From NCBI GenBank assembly GCA_963764345.1, contig CAVXSF010000033.1, positions 7,931 to 71,930 on the forward strand: a stretch of 64,000 bases of DNA, in the 5' to 3' direction. Position 1 is the stretch's first letter; the number at the start of each line of letters is the position of its first letter. The notes under the pieces were generated by a model, which ran no database searches, had not been told where the DNA came from, and saw nothing but the letters and a program-made list of their open reading frames with translations. Shown here in pieces: positions 61,100 through 64,000 of this stretch. The position numbers and the translations under genes are program-made. The DNA comes from an uncultured Bacteroidales bacterium. GTDB taxonomy: Bacteria > Bacteroidota > Bacteroidia > Bacteroidales > GCA-2748055.

Positions 61100-62071
61100 A
61101 TGAAAAATGTAACATTAGTTTTAGCAGTAGCTTTATTAATAGTTTCAACAAATCTTTTTGCACAAAGGAAAACAGATATTGAAGGTAGTAAAGATTATCC
61201 TCTGGTGTCAAGATTTGAAGGTTCTGTTATCGAGTATTATAAAGATACAAAATGGGATACTTACAAATTACCCGTTTATGAAGATAACATAACACAACCA
61301 AATTATAAAAATCCTGTCACTTTAGAAGGAGAAGTTATCAGAACTCAATATTCTGTACCATCTGACAATAATCCTTCTTATGTTATGAAGAACTTCGAAA
61401 AAGCGTTTACTTCAAAGAATTACAAAATTCTTTTAGAAGGAAAACCCGGAGAAGGAATTGAAGAAGGACCGGCTGGTTTCAACGGAGATTTTTACGGTAG
61501 TCAGAAAGCTTTAAATCTTGACAAGTTCAGATATGCTTATGAACCAACCGGAGATGGCGATAAAGCAATAATTGTTGCAAAAACAAATAAAGATGGAAAG
61601 GCTATTTATATTGTAGAAGTAATAGGTGCTTTTTCTAATACAACATTAATAACTCAGGATGTAATAGAAGTTGAGGAAGCAGAAACAGGAAAGGTTACGG
61701 CTTTAGATATTAATAAAGACATAACATCAAACGGGCACATTGCTATTTACGATATTCACTTCGATACAGGGAAATCAACATTAAAAACAGAATCGGCAGA
61801 AGCATTAAAAAATATTGCAGAATTTTTAAACGGTCATCCTTCAAAGAAATTTTTAATTGTTGGGCATACTGATAATGTAGGAAATTTTGATGCTAACTTA
61901 AAACTATCAAAAGATAGAGCAGATGCTGTTTTGAATGAATTAGTGACAAATCATTCAGTAAAAGCTGAGCAATTACAAGCCTATGGAGACGGTTCTACAG
62001 CTCCTGTTGCGAGTAATTCAACTGAAACCGGAAAAGCAAAAAACAGAAGAGTTGAAATCGTAGAACTATAA
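61100..62071 (+). CDS. OmpA-family protein with N-terminal DUF4892-like domain
   Basis: GSKDYPLVSRFEGS; IHFDTGKS, GHTD..G..D.N.KLS.DRA, NRRVEIV. Confidence 0.88.
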   Translation: MKNVTLVLAVALLIVSTNLFAQRKTDIEGSKDYPLVSRFEGSVIEYYKDTKWDTYKLPVYEDNITQPNYKNPVTLEGEVIRTQYSVPSDNNPSYVMKNFEKAFTSKNYKILLEGKPGEGIEEGPAGFNGDFYGSQKALNLDKFRYAYEPTGDGDKAIIVAKTNKDGKAIYIVEVIGAFSNTTLITQDVIEVEEAETGKVTALDINKDITSNGHIAIYDIHFDTGKSTLKTESAEALKNIAEFLNGHPSKKFLIVGHTDNVGNFDANLKLSKDRADAVLNELVTNHSVKAEQLQAYGDGSTAPVASNSTETGKAKNRRVEIVEL

Positions 62072-62091
62072 TATACTACTGCCGGTCGGGT

Positions 62092-62295
62092 AGGCGTCTG
62101 ATCCCGACTAAGCGGGACCGGTACGCCTCTCCCGCCACTTCCTCCCGAAAGTTTTCGGGAGGTCATGAATACAGCGCTTTCCCGATTGAATAACCGGGAC
62201 AGGCAATTCAATTGAAGGGGTACGGTTTTATCCATCTCCGAAAACCTAACCGTTTCATATAGTCAAAGGTCAGCCTCCCGCAGAGCGGGACAGGT
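62092..62295. repeat. Cluster of four REP-like TCCCG..CGGGA hairpins
   Basis: atcccgactaagcgggac, cctcccgaaagttttcgggagg, ttcccgattgaataaccgggac, cctcccgcagagcgggac. Confidence 0.7.
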
Positions 62296-62584
62296 CGTGC
62301 AAAAATTCCCCCTTCGTTGTTAATACCCTATTCTTTTACAAATTACCTGATCAGCAGCGATTTATTTTGAAATAGATCAAAATCCAAGGATTCCAAACGG
62401 GGAACGGACCGCAACCAGATGATGATGTTCTGCCTGGGAAGCTCCATTGCCCGGGATTCGTTTGTTCGTGTGGCTGATGCCTTCGCAGATGTTACCGGTC
62501 TAAAGGGTGCTGCCCGGAGCAGTACATTAAAACTGTTGCATATACCTTCCGATAGGGAGGGATATATTCAACTGTGCAGGAGTT

Positions 62585-62866
62585 TTGACAATATTATTTT
62601 ACCAAACCACCGGGAAGGAATATTCAGCAAGCTGCATACAGAATATAGTCCATGCTGCGGTAAAAGCTGCCGGGATAAAAAAGAAGACGTCACTTCATAC
62701 CCTTCGGCTCACGTATGCCGCACACAATCGGGGAAAGGGGGTAAATTTAAGGTACATTCAAGATATGATGAGACATTCAAGCAGCAAGACGACGGAGATA
62801 TACACCCCTATAACTCAAAAAGGCTTTAATCAAATAAAAAGTCCGATGGATGACTTGGATTTGTAA
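62585..62866 (+). pseudogene. Truncated tyrosine recombinase/integrase (C-terminal ~93 aa)
   Basis: HTLR box, LRYIQDMMRHSSSKTTEIY, terminal IKSPMDDLDL; N-terminal two-thirds absent; HSFATH and LGH motifs degenerate. Confidence 0.8.
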
Positions 62867-62941
62867 AATTATTGCTATATTTATTTAACTAAACTAAACT
62901 AAAGGGGCTGAACACATATGCAAAATAAATGCAACTGTTAC

Positions 62942-62999
62942 ATATACTCCTCAAATTTGAGGAGTATATACAATGGGTGTGTTTAGCCACTCGTTGGGC
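62942..62999 (+). mobile_element. attI-like region: perfect 28-bp palindrome + GTTGGGC core site
   Basis: ATATACTCCTCAAA/TTTGAGGAGTATAT (62942-62969); GTTRRRY at 62993-62999. Confidence 0.5.
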
Positions 63000-63185
63000 G
63001 GTAATTACAAAGAGAAAACCGACACTTGGATTAAATAAAAAAAACCACGTCTTACCTATGCGAACGAAGACTATTAAGCTTTAATCGTATCTGGTGTAAC
63101 ATAGATAGTTAACGGTAATCGAAAACCTTTGAATTATAAAGCAATATGTCATGAATTCCTAAGTTAAATCTGGATTGAAACTTGA

Positions 63186-63326
63186 GAGAGGGTGTGGATA
63201 CAAATATACCGTGATTTAAACTTCGATAAATTAAATACAGATGGGCAGGAATGGGATACTGGAATCAAAGTAGACGTCATTCTGGAGATCAAAAATGGAT
63301 TGATTCATTGGAAAGCTATTAGGTAA
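63186..63326 (+). pseudogene. Decayed cassette ORF remnant
   Basis: Start-less frame ERVWIQIYRDLNFDKLNTDGQEWDTGIKVDVILEIKNGLIHWKAIR*, preceded by an in-frame stop and ending 45 bp before the attC-like site. Confidence 0.4.
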
Positions 63327-63371
63327 TTCGCAAGGCACCAATATGTACAAGGAGTTCGAATAATGAAAACG

Positions 63372-63508
63372 TTGCCGCCAACATCCGGTAAATTTCATTG
63401 CCAGGTTCGTTCCTTTATTTTGTAAATTCGTTATTACGATGAATTAATAATATTAACGAAGGCTAACGCCAGCTGGCAACGAAACTTACCGGTAACGCGT
63501 TGGGTTGC
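63372..63508 (+). mobile_element. attC-like recombination site
   Basis: TTGCCGCCAAC inverse core; arms 63384-63404 and 63473-63493 are 18/21 complementary; GTTGGGT core at 63499-63505; ~135 bp. Confidence 0.62.
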
Positions 63509-63547
63509 AATTGTACCGACAAGCCAGCACGATTAAAAGTGAGTTAA

Positions 63548-64000
63548 ATGAGTGAAAAATTTCTTCAAAAGTTTAGTTTTTATGATTATGAAAATGTTTC
63601 TATTGATTATAGTATAAAAACTAAATTGTTAGATTTGAACACTTTAGTTGATTATATAAAGATTAATCCGACTCGAGGATATAGTAAAGCTGAAAAATAT
63701 ATTGGAAAGCATCTTAATCCTTCAACAAAGAAAATTGAAACATCTGAGAGGCAACGGCCATGGACATTGTGGGTTTATAGCACAAATGGAATGGTGACGA
63801 GTAAGAGATTTGATGACCATGCAGAACACTTGATTCTAAAGGTGCAAAATGCAAAAGGACAAATAAAGGAATTTATTAATCAGCCTGACAGGTTTGAGAT
63901 AATGATACAGATTTACTTATCGGTTTATAAAAAAGAGAATTATTTTGGATTTGGGATTAAGTCTGATTTATTTGGCAAATTGATTGAGATTACGAATTTT
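63548..64000 (+). CDS. DUF4279-like hypothetical protein (runs off window end), cassette-like
   Basis: Open frame of 151 codons from ATG 63548 (MSEKFLQKF...IKINPTRGYSKAEK...RPWTLWVYST...); very AT-rich; starts 43 bp after the core site. Confidence 0.65.
   Translation, partial: MSEKFLQKFSFYDYENVSIDYSIKTKLLDLNTLVDYIKINPTRGYSKAEKYIGKHLNPSTKKIETSERQRPWTLWVYSTNGMVTSKRFDDHAEHLILKVQNAKGQIKEFINQPDRFEIMIQIYLSVYKKENYFGFGIKSDLFGKLIEITNF

Noticed and set aside
62419-62829. 136-aa ORF overlapping the integrase remnant
   Set aside because: Alternate frame without motifs; the recombinase motifs lie in the 62585 frame.

Overview
Bacterial DNA from a Bacteroidota genome, judged from SusC/SusD pairs, T9SS C-terminal sorting domains and Bacteroidetes-type promoters. 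It is probably an anaerobe. Segments: (1) 1-5.1 kb, an AT-rich operon of unknown function (NifB/NifX-like, DUF89, CGGC, two ferredoxin-MinD ATPases, flavin disulfide reductase). (2) 5.9-41.8 kb, a large polysaccharide utilization locus (PUL) with tandem SusC/D pairs, GH78, GH49-like, GH127, GH2, two Cys-type sulfatases, an exported ADP-ribosylglycohydrolase-like protein, a metallophosphoesterase, ribokinase, a sugar permease and LacI. A LacI-type operator, TGCACAAACGTTTGTGCA, recurs at 4-5 intergenic sites. (3) 42-56 kb, stress and efflux genes (HtrA, CbpA-like, thioredoxin, SDR, GNAT, TolC-MFP-AcrB, LytTR, radical SAM). (4) 56-60 kb, a Tat-signal enolase-family dehydratase, a BASS symporter and a signal-peptide RraA-like aldolase. 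(5) 60-64 kb, an AT-rich accessory region ending in a decayed tyrosine integrase, a perfect 28-bp palindrome, a GTTRRRY site, an attC-like inverted repeat and cassette-like ORFs, which together look like an integron-like array. Two composite G-rich octamer repeat elements directly follow stop codons at 41.8 and 59.9 kb. Six genes carry single-base frameshifts, probably sequencing indels. I found no rRNA, tRNA or CRISPR array. All calls come from reading motifs by eye; no searches were run.
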